Assembly (NCBI GenBank): GCA_963700145.1
Contig: OY969474.1
Coordinates: 4,512,001 to 4,576,000 of the forward strand
Source: an uncultured Acidobacteriota bacterium
GTDB taxonomy: Bacteria; Acidobacteriota; Thermoanaerobaculia; Multivoradales; UBA5704
DNA length: 64,000 bases
Direction of reading: 5' to 3'
The notes below the pieces were generated by a model. It was given only the letters and a program-made list of their open reading frames with translations. It was not told the origin of the DNA and searched no databases. The stretch's first letter is position 1. Each line of letters begins with the position of its first letter. A program made the translations under genes and the position numbers. This document shows positions 1 through 9,711 of the stretch, in pieces.

Positions 1-2
1 TC

Positions 3-509
3 ACCGCGAGCGGCCTTCACCTGCTGCACGGCCATCAGCGGCTCGACGAGGTCGATCAGCGGGTGGGCTTAGCCGACTCGAGGCGGGTGCGCGACCGCCT
101 GCGGGCGCTGCCCTATGACCTGGTCGTGATCGACACGCCGCCGGCGATCGGGGTTCGCCATCTCGGTCCGCAGGTCTGGGCCGACCTCGTGGTGACGCCG
201 CTCGAGCCGAACAGCTTCTCGCTCCTGGCGCTCGGTCAGACGCTGGCCACGATCGAGGAGATCCGCACCATCCGGCCCGGGCTCGAGAACCGGGTGCTCA
301 TCAACCGCTTCACGCGCTCGTCGGGCCAGCAGAACCGCTACATCGCGCTGCTCGGCGAGCACGTGCCGCTTACGCGGCCGTTTCTGACCCTGCGCGTCGC
401 CGTCTCTGATGCGCTCGACGAGGGAGTGCCGGTCTGGCGCTTCCGCCGCGCCGACCGTGAGACCCGTGAGACCTGGATGGAACTGTGCGGAGGGCTGATC
501 GGTGGCTGA
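3..509 (+). CDS. parA: ParA family partition ATPase (5' end outside the window)
   Basis: Frame is open from the window start; YDLVVIDTPP Walker-B-like motif, ADLVVTPLEP and VLINRF; overlaps the start of a ParB gene. Confidence 0.85.
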   Translation, partial: TASGLHLLHGHQRLDEVDQRVGLADSRRVRDRLRALPYDLVVIDTPPAIGVRHLGPQVWADLVVTPLEPNSFSLLALGQTLATIEEIRTIRPGLENRVLINRFTRSSGQQNRYIALLGEHVPLTRPFLTLRVAVSDALDEGVPVWRFRRADRETRETWMELCGGLIGG

Positions 510-1470
510 GAGAGCAGAAGCAACCCTGGGCATGAGCTCGCTCGACCGCCTGCGCGAGCTCAAGGAGGAGACCGAGCGCCGTCAGGCCGGCGGCAAGCGG
601 CGCGTGGTCGACCTGCCGATCGGCGAGGTCCACCCCGACCCCCGCCAGGTCCGCAGCGACTTCGTCGCCGATGTTCTGAGCGCCGAGGATCAGGAAGACC
701 TCGAAGGCCTCGCGCGGAACATCGCCGCGATCGGCATCCACAACCCGATCCACGTGCGGCCGGACGCCGAGGGCGGCTACGTCATCATCTCCGGCGAGCG
801 CCGCTGGCGCGCCGCCGGCATCGCGGGCCTCGATACCCTCCCTTGCCTGGTCGCCGCCGAGGGCGAGCTCGACACTGGCCGCAACACCCTTACCCAGCTC
901 TCCGAGAACCTCCAGCGCTCGAACCTCAAGCTCCTCGACGTCGCGAACGCGCTCAGGCGCTGCCTGGACGAGACCGGCCTTGGTCAAGGGGACCTGGCTA
1001 AGGAGCTTGGCAAGTCGAAGTCTTGGGTGTCGAAGTACCTGGCGCTCCTGAAGGCTGAGGGGCCGTTTCGGGCGGCACTGGATGATGGCTTGCTCGGCAA
1101 TCCGGAGACGGCGCGGATGTTCGGCAGACTCGATCGCGGTGAGCAGGATCGACTCCTCCGTCGAGCCAGGAAGAAGAAGGAGCCGATAAGCCACTCTGAG
1201 GTAGTCAGGCTCGATCGCAGGAGGGACAAGGAAGGCACGGAAGGATCCTCGGGGAATCCCGTCGCTCCAGCAGCAGACAGGGACGATACAACTGCCGTGC
1301 AGCGCGGCAGTCTCGCTGACGCGCCAGATCCGATGGAAGAGCCACGCTACATGGTGAGGCTGACGTCGTTGCAGCTGCGGCAGCTGATTGAGCGCATCGG
1401 CGGGAGCCCGGGCGGCGATCAGGACCTCGTAGAGAGTCTGTTCGCGCTCCTATCGTCTCCCGTCCCTTGA
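502..1470 (+). CDS. parB: ParB/Spo0J family partition protein
   Basis: PDPRQVR, GIHNPIHV, IISGERRWRA (ParB CTPase box), ENLQR and a downstream HTH (QGDLAKELGKSKSWVSKYL). Confidence 0.9.
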   Translation: MAERAEATLGMSSLDRLRELKEETERRQAGGKRRVVDLPIGEVHPDPRQVRSDFVADVLSAEDQEDLEGLARNIAAIGIHNPIHVRPDAEGGYVIISGERRWRAAGIAGLDTLPCLVAAEGELDTGRNTLTQLSENLQRSNLKLLDVANALRRCLDETGLGQGDLAKELGKSKSWVSKYLALLKAEGPFRAALDDGLLGNPETARMFGRLDRGEQDRLLRRARKKKEPISHSEVVRLDRRRDKEGTEGSSGNPVAPAADRDDTTAVQRGSLADAPDPMEEPRYMVRLTSLQLRQLIERIGGSPGGDQDLVESLFALLSSPVP

Positions 1471-1566
1471 TTGCGAGGCGCTCCGTCGGAGTGGGCCTGT
1501 TGAGGACGGCATCAGCTCCGCCTAGAATCAACACCTGTCTATCTCGACTTCGCGTGCCCGCGGCTG

Positions 1567-3234
1567 ATGGATGCCAAGACCGCCTGGCTCAAACCGCCTT
1601 TCAAGGCCGGGGGTGTCGACCACCTAGGCATCCAGCAGACGCCCGTCAGGATCTTCTCGACGCTTCTCCCTGGCCTAACCGTCGTTACCGATCGCGTCTC
1701 GAACTACTCCTTCTACCCCTGGGTGGCTTGGGCATTCGACCAGGAAGGAGACTGGGGCGAACTCGACTTCATTCGCGTCTTGCGGCGGGCAGAGTGCCTG
1801 CTCACACTCATTGCGGAGCGGCATTCCCAGGCACTGAGCGAAGACGTGGTGCTCCACAGCCGCGGGCTAGTCGGTCGCAACACGCTGGCGCCGGCCCTCC
1901 GAGCGGAAGCAGTAAGGCCGATCCCGTTGGGAGAGCTCGCCGCACCTCGCTCTGAGAACCCGGATTCGTACTTCCAGCACGAGGCCGGAGGTTTAGGGCA
2001 GTACTACCTCGGTCCACTTCGTGAGCTAGGAGTCCTTCAACGTTCGGGAGTGAAGTTCGAATACTCGGACGACATCGGGGTTCCACTCGCGCAAGCGCTT
2101 GACAGCCGGGTTGACCGTAAGGCCTTCTTGAAGGTCGTCAAGCGGGGGACGGTCGACGAGCGGGAGCTCGACCGGCTAGCGAGCTTCTGCCCCTGCCACC
2201 TCGCGGGTCATGTTCCTGAACGTGAACTTCTCATCGACCTGCTGTTCGGGCGAACGCGCGAACGAACTCCTCCCGACGACCTCCGCAGGCAAACACTCTT
2301 GCTCTTGCTGGATCTCGCCGCGTGCCGTGACCGCCTCGGGTCCGCGCCCCTCGACGCCGCTTTCCGAGCGGCTTGCCTTACCGGCGCGATCGACGACGGA
2401 ACGGCTTGGCCAGTTCCCGAGCCCTGGCAGGCGGTTGCGCGCTCCTGGGCTACCTATGAGCGTAACGACGAACTTTCGATTGGCATCCTTGGCGTCTTCT
2501 GGGCCGCGCTCAAGCTGCTCGACGAAGAGGGTGGCCAAGCCGAGAGCACTCGGGCGGTTGGGGCACTCGTCTCGCGGGCGGTCAAGGGGGCGCTCGGGAA
2601 GGAGTCCGGCCGGAAACTGTCTGACGCTATCCGAGCCAGAGCGGCGTCTCTCCCCCCGCTGTCGGAGTGGGAGGCTCCCGAGCACGAGTTCCTCCGCTCC
2701 TTCGATATTCGGAGTGAGGCGCGGAGTGGGGACGTCGAAGCTTGCTTGCGAGCAGCCCTCGACACTCTTACTGCTCTCGCTGCGCGTCACATGGAGCCGC
2801 AGCCGTATCGAGAGATTGCGATTCCGCCGGACTACCTGAACGACTACCCCCTCAATCTCGCCAGCTTTCACCTCAAGCTCGAAGGTGAGTGGCAGGCCCT
2901 CTCGCTTGCCGAGTGGGCGGCCGTGCTTGCGACCGACTGGGGCCTCGAAGCGCACCTGCGCGTAGCCCTTCGCAAGATGCACTACGAGTCGAGAGACAAG
3001 TTCTTGGTGTATGTGACGGACGAGGGCGTTAAGAGGCGGCCCAGCACGGAGGCACCCCTTCCTGGCTTCACTGCCTCGCGCTTGAATCGGGCAGTTCAGT
3101 TCCTCGCAGACCTTGGGCTGGCGACGTGGGAACGGCCTGCAGCTACGAGTGAGGAAGTGACGCAGTTCTCGGGTGAGTGGGTCGCGAGGATCTCGCCGAT
3201 GGGCCGCAAGCTCCGGGAGCAGCTCGGTGGCTGA
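1567..3234 (+). CDS. Hypothetical protein, 555 aa (DUF6361-like N-terminal motif), candidate defence component
   Basis: Long ORF with N-terminal DHLG...LLPGLTVVTDR..YSFYPW motif; its stop overlaps the GTG of the PLD gene. The family resemblance is from recall only. Confidence 0.65.
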   Translation: MDAKTAWLKPPFKAGGVDHLGIQQTPVRIFSTLLPGLTVVTDRVSNYSFYPWVAWAFDQEGDWGELDFIRVLRRAECLLTLIAERHSQALSEDVVLHSRGLVGRNTLAPALRAEAVRPIPLGELAAPRSENPDSYFQHEAGGLGQYYLGPLRELGVLQRSGVKFEYSDDIGVPLAQALDSRVDRKAFLKVVKRGTVDERELDRLASFCPCHLAGHVPERELLIDLLFGRTRERTPPDDLRRQTLLLLLDLAACRDRLGSAPLDAAFRAACLTGAIDDGTAWPVPEPWQAVARSWATYERNDELSIGILGVFWAALKLLDEEGGQAESTRAVGALVSRAVKGALGKESGRKLSDAIRARAASLPPLSEWEAPEHEFLRSFDIRSEARSGDVEACLRAALDTLTALAARHMEPQPYREIAIPPDYLNDYPLNLASFHLKLEGEWQALSLAEWAAVLATDWGLEAHLRVALRKMHYESRDKFLVYVTDEGVKRRPSTEAPLPGFTASRLNRAVQFLADLGLATWERPAATSEEVTQFSGEWVARISPMGRKLREQLGG

Positions 3235-5719
3235 CACGATCCGTCGGCCGGTCTCGCTGCTCGATGAGCTCCAGGCGGGTGCTGGGTTCGAGGCCGGACT
3301 GCTCACCAGCTTCAATTCTTATCTCCCATTCGTCGAGGAGGTTGTCTTCCCGCGCCTGCGGGCGACGGGTTGCCACTACCTCGTCGCGATGAGCGATCGG
3401 GCGCAGTTGGCAAGCGAGCTCGCGGAGAAAACGCGTCGGCCTCAGACGGCGGGGCGACGGTATGCGTTGCTGCCGATCGGATGCGGCGGCGCTTTCCACC
3501 CCAAGATCCTCCTCCTGGTGGGGCCGAAGCGAGCGCGGTTATTCATCGGCAGCCACAACCTCACCATGTCCGGCTTCATTCAGAACCGCGAGCTCACGAA
3601 CATCATTGAAATCACGGGGCCCAAGGACCGGGAAGGGGCCGCAGCGCTCATCGAGGCCATCGAGTTCTGCAAAGCATGGGCGGTCGATCTTCCGCTTGCT
3701 CTGCGGACCGTCATCGAGGACTTTGGGAAGCTCTGCGCGGCGTACGCAGGGCCGGTGCCGGAACGGATCTCGACTACGGTGGTTGGAGCGCGCCCGACAG
3801 GCCCCTCCCTTTGGCAGCGAGTAAGAAGCCTCCTGCCTGAATCGGCAAAGAGAATCGTCGTACTGGGTCCCTACTTTGACCAGGGCCTTTCGTTCCTGAA
3901 GCGTCTCCAAGACGATCTCGGCCCCCGGAGCTTGGTCGTGGGCCTGGACCCAAAGTCCGCCCACTTTCCGGGCGACATGAAGGCGCTACCAAGCGGCCTT
4001 CGAGTCGTCGACGCCCACGACCTGAGCCCAGGCCACAAGGGACGAGGATTCCTTCACGGAAAGGCGATCCTGATCGAGGGCAAGTCAGAGCGAATTCTGA
4101 TTACGGGAAGTGCCAACCCGACCGCTCGCGCCTGGCTGGCTCCCGCGGGCTCGCGAAATGCCGAGATCGTGGTCGTGCGGAGGCTCCCGGCGAGCCATCC
4201 GGACGACTTGGGCTTGGTCCAACTTTGCGACCAGGATCCGCTCGAGGAACGCGTACTCTCGAAGCTACGTGCTCGTCCAGAACCAAAGGGTGAGCCCGCG
4301 GACTCTAGCGGGCTCCTCGTGGGGGTCTGTCAGGAATCGACGATTCACATCGAAGGCACCTTCCGCGCGAGCAGCGCCGTGGTGGTTCGCGACTCCCGCG
4401 GGGCTGAGCTCAAGTCGCGCACGAGAAAGACGCCTGGAGGCATGGTCGTCGACGTTGAGGAGCGTGCCCACGATGCAAGCTCCCTCGAAGCAACCGTCGA
4501 CGGCCAGATTCGCTACGGGTTCGTCCATCATCCGGAACTCCTGCGGGAGGCGGCCTTGTCGTCCTCGCAAAGACGAGTCCGTGAGGCGCTGAGCGGCCTC
4601 AGCGGTGATGCCTCCCAGTTGGAGGGCCTGCTGCGTCTGGTGGAGAAGGTAATCTTCGAAGCCCCTGCCGTACGAGTCGTCGCCGGCCGTTCCAAGGAGG
4701 AGTCCAAGGAGCCCAAAGGAGGTCGGAAGGAGGGTCCGACCGTCGTCCTCGTCGAAACACTGAAGGCGGGGCAGATCCACGACCGTCGGCACCTAGCCGA
4801 GGGCGATCTGGGCCTACTTCTCGACTTCCTCTTGCGGAAGCTCTGGCAGAACCTCGCCCATGAGCCATCTGCCGGCGGGCGTTCGGAAGTCGAGCTGGTC
4901 GACAGTGAGAACGAGGACTTCGCGGAGCAGCTGCCCTCTGACCGGACCATTGCAGAGGCGTGGCATCGGAAGAGCCGGACACTTCTCAAGCGTCTCCGGC
5001 GAAGGATCGAAGAAGGAAGCGAAGCCTTGCCGGTCGTGATCGAGGCTGCCGCAGTATTGGGTGTGCTCGAGGCTGTCCGGAGAGTCGAAGATCAGGACCG
5101 CTGGCGCTCGGTGCGAGCCGAGTTCGTCGATCGCGAGGCGGCGGAAGAGTTCGTCCTGGCTGCGACGCCGCGACTGCTCACCGCCGCAACCGGCCTCGTC
5201 GACCGATCGACGGTCGAGGCAGGAGCACCCTTCGCAGAGCAGCAGGGCCTGATCGAGTGGATGACTTGGCTTGCGTGGCTGACAGGTTTCGGTCCGACGG
5301 ACCTTACGCTCGAGGAGGACCCCGAGGAGCCTGAGTCGGCAAGCGTGGAGGCTGATCGCCTCGCGTGCGCCTGCATCATCGGAGCGCATGCTTCTCGATG
5401 CAATCAGGCTCGACTGCTCGAGTTCTTGGAGGCAGCTCCATTCCCGGGGACCGACGCTCGCGGCTGGCTTGATGCGCTCTTGCAGCTGGGCGCAACGTTC
5501 GCCAACCCGCTGGCTGCACGGAAGCTCGATCGGCCACCACGACTGGGCGACCTTGTCTTGACCCTCGCTGGCGCCGGTCCGTTCGTCGTGCGGAGCGTTC
5601 GCGCTGGAAAGGTCGACCTCATCGACTTCGGGCGCGAGAACGGCGTGGCGACGTTCCTCTCGAGCTCAGTTCGCGTTCTCGACGCAGAAGTCAGCCGCCA
5701 GCGGCACGCTGCGGGCTGA
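3227..5719 (+). CDS. Phospholipase D-fold (double HKD-like) putative nuclease
   Basis: Two HxK...GSxN motifs: FHPKILLLVG..LFIGSHNLT and LHGKAILIEG..ITGSANPT. GTG at 3227 overlaps the upstream gene by 8 nt. Confidence 0.75.
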   Translation: MADTIRRPVSLLDELQAGAGFEAGLLTSFNSYLPFVEEVVFPRLRATGCHYLVAMSDRAQLASELAEKTRRPQTAGRRYALLPIGCGGAFHPKILLLVGPKRARLFIGSHNLTMSGFIQNRELTNIIEITGPKDREGAAALIEAIEFCKAWAVDLPLALRTVIEDFGKLCAAYAGPVPERISTTVVGARPTGPSLWQRVRSLLPESAKRIVVLGPYFDQGLSFLKRLQDDLGPRSLVVGLDPKSAHFPGDMKALPSGLRVVDAHDLSPGHKGRGFLHGKAILIEGKSERILITGSANPTARAWLAPAGSRNAEIVVVRRLPASHPDDLGLVQLCDQDPLEERVLSKLRARPEPKGEPADSSGLLVGVCQESTIHIEGTFRASSAVVVRDSRGAELKSRTRKTPGGMVVDVEERAHDASSLEATVDGQIRYGFVHHPELLREAALSSSQRRVREALSGLSGDASQLEGLLRLVEKVIFEAPAVRVVAGRSKEESKEPKGGRKEGPTVVLVETLKAGQIHDRRHLAEGDLGLLLDFLLRKLWQNLAHEPSAGGRSEVELVDSENEDFAEQLPSDRTIAEAWHRKSRTLLKRLRRRIEEGSEALPVVIEAAAVLGVLEAVRRVEDQDRWRSVRAEFVDREAAEEFVLAATPRLLTAATGLVDRSTVEAGAPFAEQQGLIEWMTWLAWLTGFGPTDLTLEEDPEEPESASVEADRLACACIIGAHASRCNQARLLEFLEAAPFPGTDARGWLDALLQLGATFANPLAARKLDRPPRLGDLVLTLAGAGPFVVRSVRAGKVDLIDFGRENGVATFLSSSVRVLDAEVSRQRHAAG

Positions 5720-5758
5720 GCCCCAGCGTCAGGCGACGCCGGCAGATGGCCCCGGCGC

Positions 5759-6385
5759 TTATCGGACAGGAAGAACCAAGCACGACTCCGATAGCAGGGA
5801 CACGGGAACGGACCAGCCGGTCCGGAGCAGTGCGGCACCGATTAGGGAGTAGACGGATGGTTCCGCGATGATGTTCGCGCCTGCCGGGTTGGGCAATGAC
5901 TTGACGAAGGCGTTGACAGCGAGGCCTGCGTCGCCACGGTGCGTGTCGGACTTCGCAGCCCCGGAGACGAAAGCCTCCCAGAGAAACAGGCCTCCTTTGT
6001 GCTTCTCGAAGTCGGGCCAGTTGAAGTAGACGCTAGGCTCGCGCGGAAGCGCCCTCCGAATGTGATCCAAGACCCAAGCGGCTTGTACGAGCCCGGTCGC
6101 GAGTGAGCCGCACCCTGCCCCAGCCGACCATGGGCGGTCCTTCTCTCCAGCCCGTGCGCGCATCAGCTCCGATGGCTCGGCGCGGAGCGGGACAAAGAGC
6201 GGGCACTCGAACCCGAGGGCCACAGATCGTCCCGATCGAAGCCTCGCCAGGACCGCGTCAGTGAACGCCCGGATCGAGCCGCTGTCTGGTACCTCCTCAG
6301 CGGCACCGGGCAAGTCACAGATCGCCCAGCCGAAGTTTCCCTTCACTTCTGACCCGACATCCGCGCACGCGACTGAGAGATTCAT
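5759..6385 (-). CDS. Hypothetical protein, possible RNase H-fold (DUF429-like) nuclease
   Basis: N-terminal strand VACADVG, then GFECPL, WEAFVS and HRGDA give an acidic-residue pattern; ATG at 6385. Confidence 0.55.
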   Translation of the reverse strand: MNLSVACADVGSEVKGNFGWAICDLPGAAEEVPDSGSIRAFTDAVLARLRSGRSVALGFECPLFVPLRAEPSELMRARAGEKDRPWSAGAGCGSLATGLVQAAWVLDHIRRALPREPSVYFNWPDFEKHKGGLFLWEAFVSGAAKSDTHRGDAGLAVNAFVKSLPNPAGANIIAEPSVYSLIGAALLRTGWSVPVSLLSESCLVLPVR

Positions 6386-6442
6386 GCGCCCAGGCTCCTC
6401 ACAGGGGGCGTAGCTCCCGGCCACTGAGCGGCGACCACTCGT

Positions 6443-7339
6443 CTAGTCCAGACCACATGCCCTTCGATGCCATCTTCGATCAAGATCACGATCCACGACG
6501 ATTTCTTGAGGGTGCCGCAGCGGAAAGCCAAGTCGAGAGCTCGGGACCCCAGCGTTCGGATCATCGGCAGCCCTGTGATGCGTAGCGTCCAGTCCAAATC
6601 CACGATTCTCAATCAGGTTCACCGACGGAACAGCGCAGCATCCACTCCGACGAAGGCACGCGAGGTTCCATGGCACAGCCCAAGAATCCAATTGGGACGC
6701 CGCAACGAGGTCGAAAAGGCGGGCTCGTTCGGCGAAGATCTCCTCATCTCCCAACAGCTTCCCTAGCTGCTCAAGGGTCCTTTGGTCAGTCCTCCAGGAT
6801 GCCAGGCTCGCATCGAAGTACCTCCATGCTCGACGCCAAGTAGCCCAACCCCAGGAACTGCCCAAATGAGAGAAGGAATAGCTGGCCTCGGCAGGCCGCC
6901 AGCTTCCGAGCAGGTTGAAGCCAGTGATCATCATTACCCGCTCTTGGTCTTCGAAGCGGGCCAGGAGTTCCTCGCAATAGGGGAAGAACGAAGCATCGGC
7001 AACGCAGTCCTCCTCCAGAAAGATCGCGCTTTGCTCGTGCTCTAGCACCCAAGACACGCCGCTTGCGATCCGGCGAGCGCAGCCCAGATGCGCTTGCGCG
7101 AAATTGCTGCGGACCCGGCAGGGCCAGTCCACCTCCTCAACGAGGCGTTGACTCTGGAGGCAGGCTGCGGCCTCGGAAGGCTCCCGTTCGCCGTCGGCGA
7201 TAAAGTACAGGCGAGACGGCTGGTGGCGTCGAATAGCCGCCAGAGCTTGGCGCGCAAGCTCCGGGCGGCGATAGACGAATAGCGCCACAGCCGACCCATC
7301 GGGGATTGAGACACCGCCATGCGGAGCTGAGTGCGTCAC
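6443..7339 (-). CDS. GT-A fold glycosyltransferase (GT2-like / HlpA-like)
   Basis: VALFVYRRP, YFIADG, HLGCARRIASGVSW, IFLEEDC, WGWATWRRAW and NLIENRGF motifs. Confidence 0.8.
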   Translation of the reverse strand: MTHSAPHGGVSIPDGSAVALFVYRRPELARQALAAIRRHQPSRLYFIADGEREPSEAAACLQSQRLVEEVDWPCRVRSNFAQAHLGCARRIASGVSWVLEHEQSAIFLEEDCVADASFFPYCEELLARFEDQERVMMITGFNLLGSWRPAEASYSFSHLGSSWGWATWRRAWRYFDASLASWRTDQRTLEQLGKLLGDEEIFAERARLFDLVAASQLDSWAVPWNLACLRRSGCCAVPSVNLIENRGFGLDATHHRAADDPNAGVPSSRLGFPLRHPQEIVVDRDLDRRWHRRACGLD

Positions 7340-7368
7340 AAGGTTGAGGTCCGACTAGAGTCTAACCA

Positions 7369-8199
7369 ATGCTCGAGATTCTGTACGCTCCGGCTGTCGA
7401 CACACTGGTTCCGTGGAGCGACTGCAACTCGATCGAGCGCTGGCATTACGATCGAGTGTTCGCTGAGCTTGTCCGCTCCAGGCCGAGTCTCGACTGGCAG
7501 TTCATCGTGACTGAGCTCGTCGAGGATTTGCCAAAGGTGGGCGCTCGCGTGGTAGTCATCCTCAAGAGCGATGAGCGTTCGCGGCCTCCCGCGTACACGG
7601 GCGCGGTTCGAGCGCTCTTTCGCAACTACCACAGCCCCGATTCGTCCTCGGAAAGCCGGAACGTCTTTCCGCTGCCACTTCCCAGTCTGATTTCCGCTCC
7701 GCCAGTTCTTCGGCCCACGCCGAGCAGACGACTGGACGTCGCCTTCATGGGGAATGTACGTGACCGCCGCTGGGACTTTGTGGCGAACTTCGCTGAGCTG
7801 CAGGCTAGTCGGCGCGACCTGCGTATTGCGTTCACGCCCACGGAGCGCTTTCGTGGTGGCCTCAGCGCCGTTGAGTACTCCCAGACCCTTGCGGATTCCA
7901 AGATAGCCCTGTGTCCAGCTGGCGGGGCCGTAGAGACCTTCCGATTCACCGAGGCCCTCCAGCATGGCTGCGTCGTGATTGCCGAAAGGCAGCCTCGCCA
8001 ACCCTTCTACCTCGCGGCTGAATACCACCCCGTCACGGACTGGCGGATGCTTGGGCCGTTGGTCGGGCACCTGTTGCCCTTGGAGAAGGAGTCGCGTATT
8101 CCCCCGGACGCGGCGAATCGAGCCATCTCCCACTGGGAGCGAGCGTTCAGCCCAGAAGCGGTTGCGCACTATGTTCTGGACACCCTGGAAGGCCTCTGA
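7369..8199 (+). CDS. GT-B fold glycosyltransferase (exostosin/Glyco_trans_1_2-like C-terminus)
   Basis: DVAFMG and YSQTLADSKIALCPAG..ETFRFTEALQHGCVVI donor-binding motif. Confidence 0.7.
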   Translation: MLEILYAPAVDTLVPWSDCNSIERWHYDRVFAELVRSRPSLDWQFIVTELVEDLPKVGARVVVILKSDERSRPPAYTGAVRALFRNYHSPDSSSESRNVFPLPLPSLISAPPVLRPTPSRRLDVAFMGNVRDRRWDFVANFAELQASRRDLRIAFTPTERFRGGLSAVEYSQTLADSKIALCPAGGAVETFRFTEALQHGCVVIAERQPRQPFYLAAEYHPVTDWRMLGPLVGHLLPLEKESRIPPDAANRAISHWERAFSPEAVAHYVLDTLEGL

Positions 8200-8230
8200 T
8201 TGTCGGCTTAGCAGATGACTAAAGCACGCG

Positions 8231-9031
8231 TCAGACGGCCCCTCGCTCGCCGAGAGCGAGAGCGCGGCGCGCAACAAGTACTGAGTCCCGCACCATTTCT
8301 ACGGTGAGCGACTCAAGGCATAGCGGCGTGTTGCACTCGATGTCCGTGTGTCGAGCGAAGTGCTTGCAGCCATTGCAGCCGACATCGGACATGATGGGGA
8401 TTGCGCATGGATCAAGCAGAACGAGCGAGGGGTGGGTAGCACCGAAGATAACGAAAGTCTCGCGGCCGAAGCATTGACTGAGAATCGCGGGCCCGGAGTC
8501 GTTGCCGACGAAGCATGAGGAGTGTTCGCAAAGACCTACCATCTCGGAGAAGGTATGGTGGGGCTCAAGTAAGACAAAGGGCATGTCCAGGGCGTCTTCG
8601 AGCTGGTCCCGTAGGTCTAGAAATCGTTCGCGCGGCCACTGCCTCATCAGTCGGACGAAGCTGCTTGTGTCAGGCGCGATAAGGCCATATGGGCCGGAGC
8701 GCATGCGTTGGGAACCCCGGCGAACCCGGGGGGTCCGGTAACGAGGCTCTACGCCGGCGAAGCGCGCGTATCCGTCCAAGTGATTGCAGCCGGGAAAGGT
8801 CTCGTAAACAAGCACTAGTGTCTCGTCGAACTCCCCCAGGTCGTTGGCCACGTACCGAGAGTACGGCAGGACTTCATCGTAGACATCCAACAGCCGGCCA
8901 GCTTGAACGTATTCAGAGCACAATGAAATGCTCGCGTAGCGCGGCCGGAGAGCACTGGCAATAGGCTCTGTTAGGAGCACGTCGCCCATGTGGCCGCGGC
9001 GCACAATGCAGAGTCGCGGGGTGTCCTTCAC
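8231..9031 (-). CDS. Glycosyltransferase family 9 (heptosyltransferase-like)
   Basis: GHMGDVLLTEP, RQWPRERF, FVGNDSGP..IFGAT and a C-terminal Cys cluster, all typical of GT9. Confidence 0.8.
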   Translation of the reverse strand: MKDTPRLCIVRRGHMGDVLLTEPIASALRPRYASISLCSEYVQAGRLLDVYDEVLPYSRYVANDLGEFDETLVLVYETFPGCNHLDGYARFAGVEPRYRTPRVRRGSQRMRSGPYGLIAPDTSSFVRLMRQWPRERFLDLRDQLEDALDMPFVLLEPHHTFSEMVGLCEHSSCFVGNDSGPAILSQCFGRETFVIFGATHPSLVLLDPCAIPIMSDVGCNGCKHFARHTDIECNTPLCLESLTVEMVRDSVLVARRALALGERGAV

Positions 9032-9711
9032 CGCGCTGGCGCACCAATAACGTCAGCGACAACGACGGGCGCGATGCGTTGGCAGAACAGCCACTCATCC
9101 TCGGTATCAATATCGAGAGCCTCCGGATAGGAAAGCTCAAGGAAGCTCACGGGCTTGAAGGCGAGAGAGCCGTGGCGTGTGAAGTTGAGGCCAGTGGCAA
9201 CGTGAACTCCACCGGTGACGCGCCACTGCGGCGGAAGATCCTGACTGCGAGGCTGCCGACTCGGATTGTAGTTCGGTGCATCTGGCGCCGACCACGTGAA
9301 ATCCTGGCACCGCTGAACGCCGAGAACGCAGACGTCGCTATCTTGCAGAACCTGTCCGATGGCGCGGTCGATTGTGCCTGGAAGAACGAAGGGAGAGGTT
9401 GGATGTGCCCAATAGACCGCGACGTGCTGAAAGTCGGCCAGTACGGCCTCGAAGAGCTCTCTGATCTCGACGTGCTCACCGCAGAGGCGCGGGTGACGGG
9501 GTCGCGGCTCCGCACCAAGCGACGCTGCTTGCTCCAGCGCAACGTCATCATCTGAGGAAACGACGATCCGTGTGACCAACGAACAACGCTGGAGTGCCAG
9601 GATCTTCAGCTGAAGGAGAGAGAGCTCCTCAAAAAATGGGCGGGTGTTCTTGGCTGGCACTCGGACGCTACCGCGCCGTGCTGGGACCAGCGCGATGGCT
9701 GCCCTGTTCAC
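9028..9711 (-). CDS. Acylneuraminate cytidylyltransferase (NeuA/KdsB-like)
   Basis: ALVPARRGSVRVPAKN, VVSSDD, HPTSPF, PRSQDLP and LDIDTEDEW motifs. Confidence 0.85.
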   Translation of the reverse strand: MNRAAIALVPARRGSVRVPAKNTRPFFEELSLLQLKILALQRCSLVTRIVVSSDDDVALEQAASLGAEPRPRHPRLCGEHVEIRELFEAVLADFQHVAVYWAHPTSPFVLPGTIDRAIGQVLQDSDVCVLGVQRCQDFTWSAPDAPNYNPSRQPRSQDLPPQWRVTGGVHVATGLNFTRHGSLAFKPVSFLELSYPEALDIDTEDEWLFCQRIAPVVVADVIGAPAR

